Source: an uncultured Clostridia bacterium
GTDB taxonomy: Bacteria > Bacillota > Clostridia > TANB77 > CAG-465
DNA length: 60,485 nucleotides
Direction of reading: 5' to 3'
Assembly: GCA_944386345.1 (NCBI GenBank)
Contig: CALXAR010000002.1
Span: 1-60,485, forward strand
Shown: in pieces, positions 59,355 to 60,485 of the stretch
How the letters are laid out: every line of letters starts with the position of its first letter
Position numbering within the stretch: the stretch's first letter is position 1
Notes under the pieces: generated by a model
Seen by the model: the letters and a program-made list of their open reading frames with translations, nothing else
What the model was told of the DNA's origin: nothing
Database searches by the model: none
Translations under genes and position numbers: made by a program

Positions 59355-60101
59355 TTAACATCTTTTATTATTTGCATAATCAATATATTGTTGTCCAACT
59401 CCATCTTTTTCCCAATTTCTACAGACTTTAAATCCAGCAGATGAAAATATGACTTCTGCTAATAATTCTGCTATAGCTCCTGTTAAAGAGCAAGTTATTA
59501 CTTGTACAATATTCCAGCCAAAAAATGTTACAGATACAATCATTGCAAATACAAAATTATCTACAAATTGTCCCAAAGCTGTTGAAACGTATGATCTCAT
59601 AGCATATGCAAAGAAATTATCCTTTTTCATCATAGCTCCAATTGTCTGATTAATAACGGCATTAACAACAGACGCAACAGCCATTGCAATCGTAGATCCT
59701 AAAAGCACATACCATGTTCCTCCAAAAGTGTCGTTTAGTGACGCATTAGCAATTTCATCATTATATGTATAAAAAGCTGACCAGTTATTTCCAATTTTTG
59801 AAATAACGAAAAATATTGCACAAGAAATTAAATTTATTACTAAAGCAAGTAATGAGAGTTTAATTGCAGCTTTTGCTCCAAATCTTTTTGTAAGCATGTC
59901 CATGCATAAAAAGCTCATCCAAGAAAGAAGAAAACCACAATCAAGTGCAAGATATTTTGTATTTAATAGCTCTTTACCTGCAAATATATTCATATAAATA
60001 ACTGATAATACAAAAAACACCATTGTCAATGTAGGGACATTTTTTAAAAGCATTCTATAATCTTCTACTTCATTTGAAATAAACTTTTTAAATTTATTCA
60101 T
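59355..60101 (-). CDS. VUT family (YhhQ/DUF165-like) queuosine-precursor transporter
   Basis: Six TM helices; MDMLTKRFG, S..V.NAVNQTIG and Q.VDN.VF patterns typical of YhhQ-like proteins; AAGGAGAGG SD. Confidence 0.7.
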   Translation of the reverse strand: MNKFKKFISNEVEDYRMLLKNVPTLTMVFFVLSVIYMNIFAGKELLNTKYLALDCGFLLSWMSFLCMDMLTKRFGAKAAIKLSLLALVINLISCAIFFVISKIGNNWSAFYTYNDEIANASLNDTFGGTWYVLLGSTIAMAVASVVNAVINQTIGAMMKKDNFFAYAMRSYVSTALGQFVDNFVFAMIVSVTFFGWNIVQVITCSLTGAIAELLAEVIFSSAGFKVCRNWEKDGVGQQYIDYANNKRC

Positions 60102-60231
60102 TCTGACCTCTCCTTTTTATATGCTTGTATTATAATATTAAATTTAATTAGTTTTACAATATCATAAGATATTAAATTAGGCATAAATATTCCATCCTTA
60201 TTAATATGTAATTATATATTACCACCTTTTT

Positions 60232-60240
60232 ATTATACCA
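60232..60240 (-). promoter_or_regulatory. extended -10 element upstream of the transporter gene
   Basis: Minus strand TGGTATAAT ~130 nt upstream of the ATG; no good -35. Confidence 0.35.
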
Positions 60241-60450
60241 TATTTTATATTGTATATCACTACAAATTAGTATATAAAACGTTTTTTTAATCTAAGCTTA
60301 CAATACTCTAATACAGTTCACTTGCTGATTTATATTGGAATTACATTTACACTAATCTAAATTTACAGTACTCTAAAATGGGTTAAAGATACTTCTGCCT
60401 ATTTTCTCAGTACTTTGCACATAGTACAATATAATATACAGGTAGGAATT

Positions 60451-60470
60451 AAAAAAAAAAAAAAAAAAAA
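60451..60470. repeat. A20 homopolymer tract
   Basis: 20 consecutive A in a non-coding stretch 15 nt from the window end. Confidence 0.9.
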
Positions 60471-60485
60471 TATTATAAGAATTCT

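Noticed and set aside
60102-60300. Possible preQ1 riboswitch upstream of the YhhQ/VUT-like transporter
   Set aside because: The minus-strand leader has no P1 stem with a CCC-containing loop followed by the A-rich tail that pairs near the SD (preQ1-I pattern), and no preQ1-II-like pseudoknot. It is almost pure AT.

Overview
Very AT-rich chromosomal segment from a spore-forming low-GC Firmicute (Clostridia-like). Supporting genes: spoIIE, collagen-like exosporium-type genes and a SpoVM-like micro-ORF. I call 47 complete CDS, 1 CDS truncated by the window edge, and 2 tRNAs: Leu-UAG and Gln-CUG. Genes are tightly packed, with strong Shine-Dalgarno sites, many near-consensus sigma-A promoters (TTGACA-17-TATAAT, often with extended TG) and clear intrinsic terminators. 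Most content is housekeeping: pyk, rpmB, nth, rmuC, aspS, asnS, rpsO, gpsA, dnaE, addB, scpB, a clpE-like gene, comEC, a 4-subunit 2-oxoacid:ferredoxin oxidoreductase, dinB, smc and fhs. I saw no integrase, transposase, CRISPR array, reverse transcriptase or recognisable defence cassette. The most system-like accessory locus is 38998-42690. It holds a SunS/SgtA-like GT2-TPR glycosyltransferase and two divergent collagen-like filament proteins. Each of the three genes has a sigma-K-type promoter, and both collagen-like proteins have Cys-rich N-termini. The second interleaves collagen runs with three tail-fibre-like beta modules. Other points worth a second look: two unannotated micro-ORFs (one SpoVM-like) behind a mother-cell-type promoter; an acidic protein ending in two AT-hooks; a protein with a catalytically dead PLD-like domain; a GlmU that looks truncated, followed by a separate hexapeptide protein; addB without addA, abutting scpB without scpA; an ORF that reads through a bidirectional terminator; no TGA stop in any of the 47 CDS; and an A20 tract at the window edge. 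All functional calls come from motif and family recognition by eye. No database search was possible, and coordinates of short regulatory elements are hand-counted.
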